DNA of 64,000 nt, taken from NCBI GenBank assembly GCA_002269645.1, contig NIVC01002619.1, positions 1 through 64,000 on the forward strand, written 5' to 3'. A program made the position numbers and the translations under genes. Of the stretch, positions 40,801-53,862 are shown piece by piece. The notes beneath the pieces are model-generated. The model was not told the DNA's origin and did not search any database. It saw only the letters and a program-made list of their open reading frames with translations. This DNA comes from Macrostomum lignano (taxonomy: Eukaryota). Each line of letters starts with the position of its first letter. Position 1 is the first letter of the stretch.

Positions 40801-42410
40801 TCATCTCCTCGTCATAGATCATCATAGACTCAGCATAGACACTGATTTCTCATCATAGACTCAGCATAGACACTCATCTCTCAGGATATACTCATCATAG
40901 ACACTCATTTCTCATCATAGACTCATCATAGAAACTCATCTCTCATCATAGACTCATCATAGACACTCATTTCTCATCATAGACTCAGCATAGAAACTCA
41001 TCTCTCGTCATAGACTCAGCATATACACTCATCTCTCATCATAGACTCAGCATAGACACTCATTTCTCATCATAGACTCAGCATAGACACTCATCTCCTC
41101 ATCATAGACTCATCATAGACTCAGCATAGACACTCATCTCCTCATCATAGACTCATCATAGACTCAGCATAGACACTCATCTCTCATCATAGACTCAGCA
41201 TAGACACTCATTTCTCATCATAGACTCAGCATAGACACTCATCTCTCATCATAGACTCATCATAGACACTCATTTCTCATCATAGACTCAGCATAGACAC
41301 TCATCTCCTCATCATAGACTCATCATAGACTCAGCATAGACACTCATCTCCTCATCATAGACTCATCATAGACTCAGCATAGACACTCATCTCCTCATCA
41401 TAGACTCATCATAGACTCAGCATAGACACTCATCTCCTCGTCATAGATCATCATAGACTCAGCATAGACACTGATTTCTCATCATAGACTCAGCATAGAC
41501 ACTCATCTCTCATCATAGACTCAGCATAGACACTCATCTCTCAGGATATACTCATCATAGACACTCATTTCTCATCATAGACTCATCATAGAAACTCATC
41601 TCTCATCATAGACTCATCATAGACACTCATCTCTCATCATAGACTCAGCATAGAAACTCATCTCTCGTCATAGACTCAGCATATACACTCATCTCTCATC
41701 ATAGACTCAGCATAGACACTCATCTCTCATCATAGACTCAGCATAGACACTCATTTCTCATCATAGACTCATCATAGAAACTCATCTCTCATCATAGACT
41801 CAGCATAGACACTCATCTCTCATCATAGACTCAGCATAGACACTCATTTCTCATCATAGACTCATCATAGAAACTCATCTCTCATCATAGACTCAGCATA
41901 GACACTCATCTCTCATCATAGACTCAGCATAGACACTCATTTCTCATCATAGACTCATCATAGAAACTCATCTCTCATCATAGACTCAGCATAGACACTC
42001 ATTTCTCATCATAGACTCAGCATAGACACTCATTTCTCATCATAGACTCAGCATAGACACTGATTTCTCATCATAGACTCAGCATAGAAACTCATCTCTC
42101 AGGATAAACTCAGCATAGAAACTCATCTCTCATCATAGACTCAGCATAGAAACTCATTTCTCATCATAGACTCAGCATAGACACTCATTTCTCATCATAG
42201 ACTCAGCATAGACACTCATCTCTCATCATAGACTCAGCATAGACACTCATTTCTCATCATAGACTCAGCATAGACACTCATCTCTCATCATAGACTCAGC
42301 ATAGACACTCATTTCTCATCATAGACTCAGCATAGACACTCATTTCTCATCATAGACTCAGCATAGACACTCATTTCTCATCATATGCACTCATAACTCA
42401 TCAACACTCA
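37850..42410. repeat. 4.5-kb compound satellite (about 31-bp CATAGACTCAGCATAGACACTCATCTCTCAT built from 11-bp subunits)
   Basis: Continuous array. Variant markers indicate an internal duplication of about 1.36 kb. Confidence 0.97.
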
Positions 42411-42467
42411 TCTCCGGTGTGTTCTCCAAACTTCATGCCACTAATCAATCCAAGCGCATACAACAGC

Positions 42468-45400
42468 ATGCCGCCGAAGCCACCAGCTGCTGAGCTAAAC
42501 TACGACTGCCTTCCCCCGGAATGGTCGGACGACGAGGCAGTCTACCCGCTGTTCCATGCCTTCAAGCGGCCCCGAGCAGTGGATCCGGATAGTTTCGATC
42601 GCAAAATGAAATTCTGGTCTCGCCTATTGCTGGCCTTCTGCAGGCGGAACCGCATTGCCGCTTTGTCCGCAGACGATCTGAGACGATTGTTTCGTAGAAA
42701 GTTTCCAAGCGTCGGTAGAGACTACGAGCCCGAGTGCTTGGGCGCCGTGCTGTATCAGATGCTGCTGGATCAGCGTGGTCGGCATTTCAAATCCACTGAC
42801 GAAAATGACTGGCTGCTGGACCCGGCTGATGAGACGCAGAAGCAGCAGGGACTGGCTGGGAAGTGCGTACTTGATTCCTGATTCCTGATAAGATATACTG
42901 ATGACTCTCCTGACACCCGGATGATTGACTCACCTGACACCTGAGTGACTGACTCTCCTGACACCCGGATGACTGACTCACCTGACGCCCGGATGACTGA
43001 CTCACCTGACACCCGGATGACTGACTCACCTGACACCTGAGTGACTGACTCTCCTGACACTCGGATGACTGACTCACCTGACACCTGAGTGACTGACTCT
43101 CCTGACACCCGGATGACTGACTCACCTGACACCTGAGTGACTGACTCTCCTGACACTCGGATGACTGACTCACCTGACACCTGAGTGACTGACTCTCCTG
43201 ACACCCGGATGACTGACTCACCTGACACCCGGATGACTGACTCTCCTGACACCCGGATGACTGACTCTCCTGACACCCGGATGACTGACTCACCTGACAC
43301 CCGGATGACTGACTCACCTGACACCTGAGTGACTGACTCTCCTGACACCCGGATGACTGACTCACCTGACACCTGAGTGACTGACTCTCCTGACACCTGA
43401 GTGACTGACTCTCCTGACACCCGGATGACTGACTCACCTGACACCTGAGTGACTGACTCTCCTGACACCCGGATGACTGACTCACCTGACACCTGAGTGA
43501 CTGACTCTCCTGACACCTGAGTGACTGACTCACCTGACACCCGGATGACTGACTCACCTGACGCCCGGATGACTGACTCACCTGACACCCGGATGACTGA
43601 CTCACCTGACACCCGGATGACTGACTCACCTGACACCCGGATGACTGACTCACCTGACACTCGGATGACTGACTCACCTGACACCCGGATGACTGACTCA
43701 CCTGACACTCGGATGACTGACTCACCTGACACCCGGATGACTGACTCACCTGACACCCGGATGACTGACTCACCTGACACCTGAGTGACTGACTCAGCTG
43801 ACATCCGGATGACTGACTCACCTGACACCCGGATGACTGACTCACCTGACACCCGGATGACTGACTCACCTGACACCCGGATGACTGACTCGCCTGACAC
43901 CCGGATGACTGACTCACCTGACACTCAGATGACTGACTCACCAGCCCATGACGCCTTACTCATCTACTGACTCACCTGAATCGCCCAACAAACAATCGCA
44001 GGGTGACCGGCGCCGCCTATGATTGGCTGCTCCGTCGACCAATCGCGTACGCCTGGGGCACCTTCGTCTCTGGCTCGACTGCTGCCGAAATGCCAGCCAG
44101 CCTGCCCGACCGTCACGAGCTGGTTCACGCCGGAGTGTTGCGTAGCCTCATCGGGGAGGTGTTGAGCGGGTTGCAACAGGCGCAGGCTGCGGATCACGAC
44201 TCTGCCGGCCACGAGACTGTGAGTGACCTGTCGTATGTGTTTGCTCACATGCCAGCATCCTAATGATTTTAGACACGTTATTACTGACGTATTATGACAT
44301 TCTACTGACATCCTACTGACATATTAGTGACATTCTATTGACATATTAGTGACATTCTACTGACATATTAGTGACATTCTACTGACATATTAGTCACATT
44401 CCACTGACATATTAGTGACATTCTAATTACATTCTACTGACATCCTACTGACATACTAGCAACATTCTTCTGACATTCTATTGACATAATAATGACATTC
44501 TAATGACGTTCTACTCACATCCTAATGACATTAGTCACATTCTACTGACATCCAACTGACAGAATTGACGCGTTACTGACATCCTAATATTATATGTACG
44601 AGCGTATTATAAAAATTATTTTGTTAATTTCTTAAATCCAAACAATTCATTCCAGGACCCAGCATCTCCGCCTCATCGTTTCGCTCCGAGTTTGAACGTG
44701 TGCAGGAAGCGGGATTTCGACCGCTATCTGGAGTCCCTGTGCCCTCATCAGCCTACGAGGCGGCTTCTGGTGCAGCGGTTGATGTCTGACAGGCTGCTGC
44801 ACTCCAGAACTGTGCAGGTGCGGCTGTGCATTTCTTCTTCAAGTGATATTCTTGTTTCTTAACTTTTGTAATAGACATGACTAATACAATAAATAAGCAA
44901 TCCTGCTATAAACCTTGGGCCTCTCAACTTTTTAACTATGGGTTTTATTAAATACCCTGAAGAATTGAAATAAACTGCCCTAAAAAACCTGAACCAACCC
45001 TGAACCAACTCTGAACCAACTTTGAACCAACCCTGAACCAACTCTGAACAAACCCTGAACCAACTCTGAACAAACCCTGAACCAACCCTGAACCAACTCT
45101 GAACCAACTCTGAACCAGCCCTGAACCAACCCTGAACCAACTTTGAACCAACCCTGAACCAACTCTGAACAAACCCTGAACCAACTCTGAACCAACTCTG
45201 AACCAACCCTGAACCAACTCTGAACCAACCCTGAACCAATCCTGAACCAACCCTGAACCAACTCTTAATCAACTCTGAACCAACCCTGAACCAACTCTTA
45301 ACCAACCCTGAACCAACCCTGAAACAGCCCTGAACCAACCCTGAACCAACTCTGAACCAACTCTGAACCAACCCTGAACCAACTTTGAACCAACCCTGAA

Positions 45401-48267
45401 CCAACTCTGAACAAACCCTGAACCAACTCTGAACCAACTCTGAACCAGCCCTGAACCAACCCTGAACCAACTCTGAACCAACCCTGAACCAATCCTGAAC
45501 CAACCCTGAACCAACTCTTAATCAACTCTGAACCAACCCTGAACCAACTCTTAACCAACCCTGAACCAACCCTGAAACAGCCCTGAACCAACCCTGAACC
45601 AACTCTGAACCAACTTTGAACCAACCCTGAACCAACTCTGAACAAACCCTGAACCAACTCTGAACCAACCCTGAACCAACTCTGAACCAACTCTGAACCA
45701 GCCCTGAACCAACCCTGAACCAACTCTGAACCAACCCTGAACCAATCCTGAACCAACCCTGAACCAACTCTGAACCAACTCTGAACCAACCCTGAACCAA
45801 TCCTGAACCAACCCTGAACCAACTCTGAACCAACTCTGAATTAACTCTGAATCAACCGTGAACCAACCATGAACCAACTCTGAATCAACCGTGAACCAAC
45901 CCTAAACCAACCCTGAACCAACCCTGAACTAACCCTGAACCAACCCTGAATCAACTCTGAATCAACCCTGAATCAACTCTGAATCAACCGTGAACCAACA
46001 CTGAGACAACCCTAAATCAACCCTGAACCAACTCTGAACCAACCCTGAATCAACTCTGAATCAACTCTGAATCAACCGTGAACCAACCCTAAACCAACCC
46101 TGAACAAACCCTGAACTAACCCTGAACCAACCCTGAATCAACTCTGAATCAACCCTGAATCAACTCTGAATCAACCGTGAACCAACACTGAGACAACCCT
46201 AAATCAACCCTGAACCAACTCTGAACCAACCCTGAATCAACTCTGAATCAACTCTGAATCAACCGTGAACCAACCCTAAACCAACCCTGAACCAACCCTG
46301 AACTAACCCTGAACCAGCCCTGAACCAACCCTGAACCCACACCCGAAGGTGGGTCGCGCGGGCTCCGAGGAGCTGCTGGTGTGGGCTCGGTCTGCTGACT
46401 GCCCCCTTACAGACGAGTCGGCCATCTCTGCGGACGTGGCCACCGCCAACAGCATTCTGCACCTGGTGCACACCATCAAGACTCTCGAATCCGAGGAGCA
46501 ACAGTTGAAACTGCGAATATCGGCCGGCCGAGACGAGTGCAAACGCCTGCTCAGAGACGGTCGCAAAGACAAAGCTCTTGTTGTTATGCGACGGACCAAA
46601 GCGACTGAGACTCTGCTGGACGAGCGGAAACAGCAGCTGATGAATCTGGACCGGATGCTCATACAGGTTCAGATGGCTAACAGTAATAAGCAGGTGAGTA
46701 GCGGTGGCCTGAGTTTGCCCTCAAACGCCAAAATTTTCCTAACGGCTCAAAATCAGTTTTGATCCTCTAAGAATCACCTCTGACCCCCAAGAATTGCCTC
46801 TGATCCCCATCCCCAATAATACTCTTTGGTCCTCCAAGAATCGCCTCTGATCCCCATCCCCAATAATCACCTTTGATCCTCCAAGAATCGCCTCTGACCC
46901 TCATCCCCAATAATCACCTTTGATCCACCAAGAATCGCCTCTAACCCTCATACCCAATAATCACCTTTGATCCACCAAGAATCGCCTCTGACCCTCATAC
47001 CCAATAATCACCTTTGATCCACCAAGAATCGCCTCTGACCCTCATCCCCAATAATCACCTTTGATCCACCAAGAATCGCCTCTGACCCTCATCCCCAATA
47101 ATCACCTTTGATCCACCAAGAATCGCCTCTGACCCTCATCCCCAATAATCACCTTTGATCCTCCAAGAATCACCTCTGACCCCCAAGAATTGCCTCTGAC
47201 CCCCAAGAATCGCCTCTGATCCCCATCCCCAATAATACTCTTTGGTCCTCCAAGAATCGCCTCTGACCCTCATCCCCAATAATCACCTTTGATCCTCCAA
47301 GAATCGCCTCTGACCCCCATCCCCAATAATCACCTTTGATCCACCAAGAATCGCCTCTGACCCTCATCCCCAATAATCACCTTTGATCCACCAAGAATCG
47401 CCTCTGACCCAATAAAAGAATCGCCTCTAACCCAATAAAAGAATCGTTTCTGACCCAATAAAAGAATCGCCTGTGATCCCAATAAAAGAATCGCCTCTGA
47501 CCCCAATAAAGAATCGCCTCTGATCCCAATAAAAGAATCGCCTCTGACCCCAATAAAGAATCGCCTCTGATCCCAATAAAAGAATCGCCTCTGATCCCAA
47601 TAAAAGAATCGCCTCTGACCCCATAAAAGAATCGCCTCTGACCCTAATAAAAGAATCGCCTCTGACCCAATAAAAGAATCGCCTCTGACCCAATAAAAGA
47701 ATCGCCTCTGACCCAATAAAAGAATCGCCTCTGACCCAATAAAAGAATCGCCTCTGACCCAATAAAAGAATCGCCTCTGACTTCAAAATAAGAATCGCCT
47801 CTGACCCAATAAAAGAATCGCCTCTGACCCCCATGTAAAATTACCCTGCCCCGCAGGTGCTGGACGCATTCAAGGTCACCAGAGACTGGTTCAAAACCTC
47901 GCAAGCAGCCGAGGCCGACTCTCACGAGGCCGCTCACGAAGCTCTGGGCGAAATTCGCGACGTCCTCGACGAGCAGCGCGAATTGGCCGACGCCCTCGCC
48001 TACTCGCCTGGCGCTGAAGGCCTGGACGATAGCGAGCTGGAGTCCGAGCTGGACAAGCTGCTTTTAGAAGAAGCGGAACAGCCAGACTCTGCAGCCGGCA
48101 ATTCTACTAAGCGGAAGAAGCCGGCAGCGGCCGACGCCGAATTGGATGCCAAATTTTCTGAACTCGACGTTGATAGCCTGCAGCTGCCCGACGTGTCCGA
48201 CCTGCCGCTGCCGCACAGCCCCAACGTGTCTCTTGACGAGTTGAAGAAGCGACTGCAGGCGCTTTGA
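42468..48267 (+). CDS. CHMP7: Charged multivesicular body protein 7 (ESCRT-II/III hybrid, winged-helix + Snf7 domain), about 509 aa
   Basis: Exons 42468-42862 (alternative ATG at 42435), 44002-44218, 44656-44817, 46349-46693 and 47857-48267, in phase. N-terminal motif PPEWSDDE...LF.AF..PRAVDPDSFDRKMKFW. Snf7-like helical region (KDKALVVMRRTK...LMNLDRML...KQVLDAFK) and an acidic tail. Confidence 0.9.
42895..43975. repeat. 24-bp minisatellite (GACTGACTCACCTGACACCCGGAT), CHMP7 intron 1
   Basis: About 45 units. It gives the MTDSPDTR and VSGESVIR artefact ORFs. Confidence 0.96.
44275..44585. repeat. Degenerate 22-bp repeat (CTACTGACATATTAGTGACATT), CHMP7 intron 2
   Basis: Tandem units visible at 44310-44420. 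Confidence 0.8.
44990..46340. repeat. 11-bp minisatellite (CTGAACCAACY), CHMP7 intron 3
   Basis: Over 100 units, running to within about 10 nt of the acceptor at 46348. Confidence 0.96.
46760..47832. repeat. 47-bp array converting to a 23-24-bp array (shared core AAGAATCGCCTCTGACCC), CHMP7 intron 4
   Basis: The unit switch occurs near 47400. Confidence 0.92.
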
Positions 48268-48364
48268 GCTGCCGTGTTGGGTTTGATTGAGTGTTCAGCA
48301 CTCACTCACTTCTGGCTTGGCTTTTGCGTCTGCTGCACTGCCTCTGCTTACTGACTGCTTCCTT

Positions 48365-48865
48365 CTTGATCTCTCCCTCTCTTCCACTCCCCTCCCCGCT
48401 CTCCTCTCTCCCTCTCCCCTTTCTTCCTCTCCCTCTCTTCCACTCCCTCCCCCCTCTCCTCTCTCCCTCTCCCCTTTCTTCCTCTCCTTCTCTTCCACTC
48501 CCCTCCCCCTCTCCTCTCTCCCTCTCCCCTTTCTTCCTCTCCCTCTCTTCCACTCCCCTCCCCCCTCTCCTCTCCCTCTCTCCCACTCCCGCTCTCTCTC
48601 CCACTCCCTCCCTCCCGCACTCTCCCTCTCTTCCAGTCCTCTCTCCCTATCTCCCACCCTCCCCCACTCTCCCTCTCCCTCTCTCCCACCCTCCCCCACT
48701 CTCCCTCTCCCTCTCTCCCACCCTCCCCCACTCTCCCTCTCCCTCTCTCCCACCCTCTCTCCCACTCCCCCTCTTCCTCTCCCTCTCTACTCTTCTCTCC
48801 CTCTTTTCCTCTCTCCCCTTCTCCCTCTTTTTCGCCCTCTCCCTCTCTCACTCCCTCCACTCTCC
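48365..48865. repeat. CT-rich low-complexity tract in the CHMP7 3' region
   Basis: Nearly pure C/T. Confidence 0.9.
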
Positions 48866-49399
48866 AGCTCTCTGTTAGCAGTCTGCTTGGTTGTCCTGAG
48901 TCCCTCTGTTAATTTTCCTCTTTACATTTCTCATTGCTCTGTAAGCAGGCGTTAACTTTGTAGAGCGTTCACCATCGATAATGAATAGTCGTGGATACAT
49001 CAGTGAATAAACTGATTCACAAATTTCATGTTCATGCTTGATGGATCCAGCACTCCATTCTAAACTAATAATAAACTGGCCCGGATCGTTTAATCCAGAA
49101 AAATGTTTCTAATTTTGTTCCTGTTCCACTGTGTATGCACATCTACAGTCGCAATGGTTATTTTTTATAAAAACTTAATTAAATACTCCTACTTTAAGTA
49201 GTCTAGAAAAATGCGCGTAAATTATTTTTTTAGTTTTCAAACCTAACAGTGACTAAGTATAACAAATAAAATATTCAGTCAGTTGGTCAACTGCGCACTA
49301 TTAATTTTTTAAGCAGAAGCCAACTAAAAATGTACAAAACTGAAATTTCACTACTGACTTCCATCACTACTGAAATCACTGCAGCCGCCTTGCTGGACA

Positions 49400-51250
49400 A
49401 GCCAATTCAATTAGGGGATTCATTAGCCAATTTAATTAGGGGATTCATTAGCCAATTTAATTAGGGGATTCATTAGCCGATTCAATTAGGGGATTCATTA
49501 GCCAATTCAATTAGGAGATTCATTAGCCAATTCAATTAGGAGATTCATTAGCCAATTCAATTAGGAGATTCATTAGCCAATTCAATTAGGAAATTCATTA
49601 GCCAATTTAATTAGGGGATTTATTAGCCAATTTAATTAGGAGATTCATTAGCCAATTCAATTAGGAGATTCATTAGCCAATTCAATTAGGAGATTCATTT
49701 GCCAATTCAATTAGGAGATTCATTAGCCAATTTAATTAGGGGATTTATTAGCCAATTTAATTAGGGGATTCATTAGCCAATTCAATTAGGGGATTCATTA
49801 GCCAATTCAATCAGGTGATTTATTAGCCAATTAAATTAGGGGATTCATTAGCCAATTCAATTAGGTGATTCATTAGCCAATTCAATTAGGGGATTTATTA
49901 GCCAATTAAATTAGGGGATTCATTAGCCAATTCAATTAGGGGATTCATTAGCCAATTCAATTAGGTGATTTATTAGCCAATTCAATTAGGAGATTCATTA
50001 GCCAATTCAATTAGGTGATTTATTAGCCAATTCAATTAGGGGATTCATTAGCGAATTCAATTAGGGGATTTATTAGCCAATTAAATTAGGGGATTCATTA
50101 GCCAATTAAATTAGGGGATTCATTAGCCAATTAAATTAGGGGATTCATTAGCCAATTCAATTAGGGGATTCATTAGCCAATTCAATTAGGAGATTCATTA
50201 GCCAATTCAATTAGGTGATTTATTAGCCAATTCAATTAGGGGATTCATTAGCCAATTCAATTAGGGGATTCATTAGCCAATTCAATTAGTATATTCATTA
50301 GCCAATTAAATTAGGGGATTCATTAGCCAATTCAATTAGTATATTCATTAGCCAATTCAATTAGTATATTCATTAGCCAATTCAATTAGTATATTCATTA
50401 GCCAATTCAATTAGGATATTCATTAGCCAATTCAATTAGTATATTCATTAGCCAATTCAATTAGGATATTCATTAGCCAATTCAATTAGGGGATTCATTA
50501 GCCAATTCAATTAGGGGATTCATTAGCCAATTCAAATGGGGGTTCATTAGCCAATTCAATTAGGGGATTCATTAGCCAATTCAATTAGGGGATTCATTAG
50601 CCAATTCAATTAGTATATTCATTAGCCAATTCAATTAGGGGATTCATTAGCCAATTCAATTAGTATATTCATTAGCCAATTCAATTAGTATATTCATTAG
50701 CCAATTCAATTAGTATATTCATTAGCCAATTCAATTAGTATATTCATTAGCCAATTCAATTAGTATATTCATTAGCCAATTCAATTAGTATATTCATTAG
50801 CCAATTCAATTAGGGGATTCATTAGCCAATTCAATTAGGATATTCATTAGCCAATTCAATTAGGATATTCATTAGCCAATTTAATTAGTATATTCATTAG
50901 CCAATTCAATTAGTATATTCATTAGCCAATTCAATTAGGATATTCATTAGCCAATTCAATTAGGATATTCATTAGCCAATTCAATTAGTATATTCATTAG
51001 CCAATTCAATTAGGGGATTCATTAGCCAATTCAATTAGGATATTCATTAGCCAATTCAATTAGTATATTCATTAGCCAATTCAATTAGGGGATTCATTAG
51101 CCAATTCAATTAGGATATTCATTAGCCAATTCAATTAGGGGATTCATTAGCCAATTCAATTAGGATATTCATTAGCCAATTCAATTAGTATATTCATTAG
51201 CCAATTCAATTAGGGGATTCATTAGCCAATTCAATTAGGATATTCATTAG
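49400..51250. repeat. 25-bp AT-rich minisatellite (CATTAGCCAATTCAATTAGGGGATT)
   Basis: Period of 25 (49501 and 49526), about 73 units. TAGTATATT/GGATATT variants are restricted to the right half. Confidence 0.96.
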
Positions 51251-52139
51251 TCACTCTACATGTAAATATGAAGTTAGGCACAAGCGACCATTCTTTGGTG
51301 GGGTTATGCGATTCAGATATAATCAGGAATATCCTTGTGTTCGCCATTGTGTGTCTAAAATAACGGCAAGAGACATATTGCTGGTCTATTTTAACGGCTC
51401 GTATTCACTTGAAAGTTACGAAAAGGACGTTGGTTGGTTCAAAACTTACCTGAATCTACGTATTCTAGGAATTATAATTAAAGCCAGAATGAAGCTGTGT
51501 CAGCTGCAGAACCTAAAATTCTAGTTCCGGCTGTTACAACAACGCAACCAACAACGCGCAATGACTTGTTCTCCATGTCATGTCAATGGCGATGAGTATT
51601 GCACATTGATGCTTACCAGCAACGGAAGTATAGGGTTGGATCCTGGTGAAGCTATACTATTTTTGTCAAATATTGTTACGGATAATATTCTCATATCATT
51701 TGGACCTACTCCCGTGCGAACCTCCTTCCTTCAACATTCTTGTTTCAGTGAGTTCTCAGCCGATCTATGGTGAGATTGAAAATATTCTAGTTTCACCTCC
51801 ACCACAACCTCACCTCCACCTAAACCACAACCTCGACCACAACCTCAGCCTCAACCACCAACTGCACAACCACATTGGCAAGCATATCCAAAGCGTAACG
51901 TCTGTAAAGGTTTCTGCAACTGCTTCAAAAGCAGAAATTGCGCCTGGTCTTTGGTTGCATTTCTTCTTCATTTGCTGTTGGCCTGTTGTCTGACATTGAC
52001 CGTAGTGCTTTTTGGCCCGCTGCGGCTGTTAAAGGATAATGGACTGGTGAGCTGACACTGAAAATGGTAAAAGAAAGGTATTTTAGGCGAAAGAAAATAT
52101 ATTTTCAGCTAAAAATTCTGCAAATTCTAGATAATAAAT

Positions 52140-53150
52140 TCTGAGATTCTTGGCAGAAAATTCTGTAGATTCTGGGCAGAAAATTCGGCAGCTTCTAGGC
52201 AGAAAATTTGGCAGCTTCTGGGCAGAAAATTCTGTAGATTCTGGGCAGAAAATTTGGCAGATTCTATGCAGAAAATTCGGCAGATTCTGGGCAGAAAATT
52301 TGGCAGCTTCTGGGCAGAAAATTCGGCAGATTCTGGGCAGAAGTACTGCAGATTCTGGGCAGAAAATTTGGCAGATTCTGGGCAGAAAATTTGGCAGATT
52401 CTATGCAGAAAATTCGGCAGATTCTGGGCAGAAAATTTGGCAGATTCTGGGCAGAAGTACTGCAGATTCTGGGCAGAAAATTTGGCAGATTCTGGGCAGA
52501 AAATTCGGCAGCTTCTAGGCAGAAAATTTGGCAGCTTCTGGGCAGAAGTACTGCAGATTCTGGGCAGAAAATTCGGCAGATTCTGGGCAGAAAATTCGGC
52601 AGATTCTGGGCAGAAAATTCGGCAGATTCTGGGCAGAAAATTCGGCAGCTTCTGGGCAGAAAATTTGTCAGATTCTGGGCAGAAAATTCTGTAGATTCTG
52701 GGCAGAAGTACTGCAGATTCTGGGCAGAAAATTTGGCAGATTCTGGGCAGAAGTACTGCAGATTCTGGGCAGAAAATTTGGCAGATTCTGGGCAGAAGTA
52801 CTGCAGATTCTGGGCAGAAAATTTGGCAGATTCTGGGCAGAAAATTCGGCAGCTTCTGGGCAGAAAATTTGGCAGATTCTGGGCAGAAAATTTGGCAGAT
52901 TCTGGGCAGAAAATTCGGCAGATTCTGGGCAGAAAATTCGGCAGATTCTGGGCAGAAAATTCGGCAGATTCTGGGCAGAAAATTCGGCAGATTCTGGGCA
53001 GAAAATTCGGCAGATTCTGGGCAGAAAATCGGCAGCTTCTGGGCAGAAAATTCTGTAGATTCTGGGCAGAAAATTTGGCAGATTCTGGGCAGAAAATTCG
53101 GCAGATTCTGGGCAGAAGTACTGCAGATTCTGGAAAGAAAATTCGGCAGA
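52140..53150. repeat. 23-bp minisatellite (CAGATTCTGGGCAGAAAATTCGG) in intron 2 of the pseudogene copy
   Basis: The same family occupies 56890-57170 in the intact paralog. Confidence 0.95.
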
Positions 53151-53862
53151 TTCTTGGTATAAAATTTAAGTAGTTTCAAAGCAGAAACTTCGGCAGATTC
53201 ATTGCAATGAGGGGGATAGACTTGGGATTGAGAATTGAAAATTCAGGAAAGAGAGGAAGAAAGATTCATGGGGGAGGGGCAAAAATGAAGGTAATTATGG
53301 ACAGACATAGCAGACCAACGCTAATTATGTGCTGTTCCTGATTCATCAGCTAATTACCTACGTGCCTACGTGTATTCAGTAACTATAGAAAACTCCTCCC
53401 ACACCAACATGGCACAGGTACGAGTATCACAAGAGTGGATCAACTTGTCGTCGAAATTCGAGTCTACAACCCCATGGTTCGTGACTGTAAGTTCATTTGC
53501 TAGACAAATGAAATGCTTACATGTACTCGAAATTAACGTCTATATTAGGATATTTTCTTGGCCTGAAGCCGAACTTCCATATTTTCTGGCGTACATTTAT
53601 TTATAGCCAGCTAGTTATTTTTGCGAGATGTTTTTTTTTGAAAGACGATTCTACGAGCGTAATTGTTGTAAACATGAAACCGTGGCTCTCTGCCTGCGTA
53701 CGCGATGTGGTTCCTAATTATTAATCTAGAATATACACATGCACATAAATCTATATTTAGTCATTTGTTTCATACTGTTTATAACACACTTACTTAATTA
53801 AAGTGCGAAGGTAGAGAGTGGAAGTAGAGGAAATTGAGGTAGAGGGCGGGGTAGAGGGGCGG

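Noticed and set aside
42770-47937. VSGESVIR, SQSSGCQ, WFRVGS and GSEAILLL ORFs
   Set aside because: Intronic minisatellites of CHMP7.
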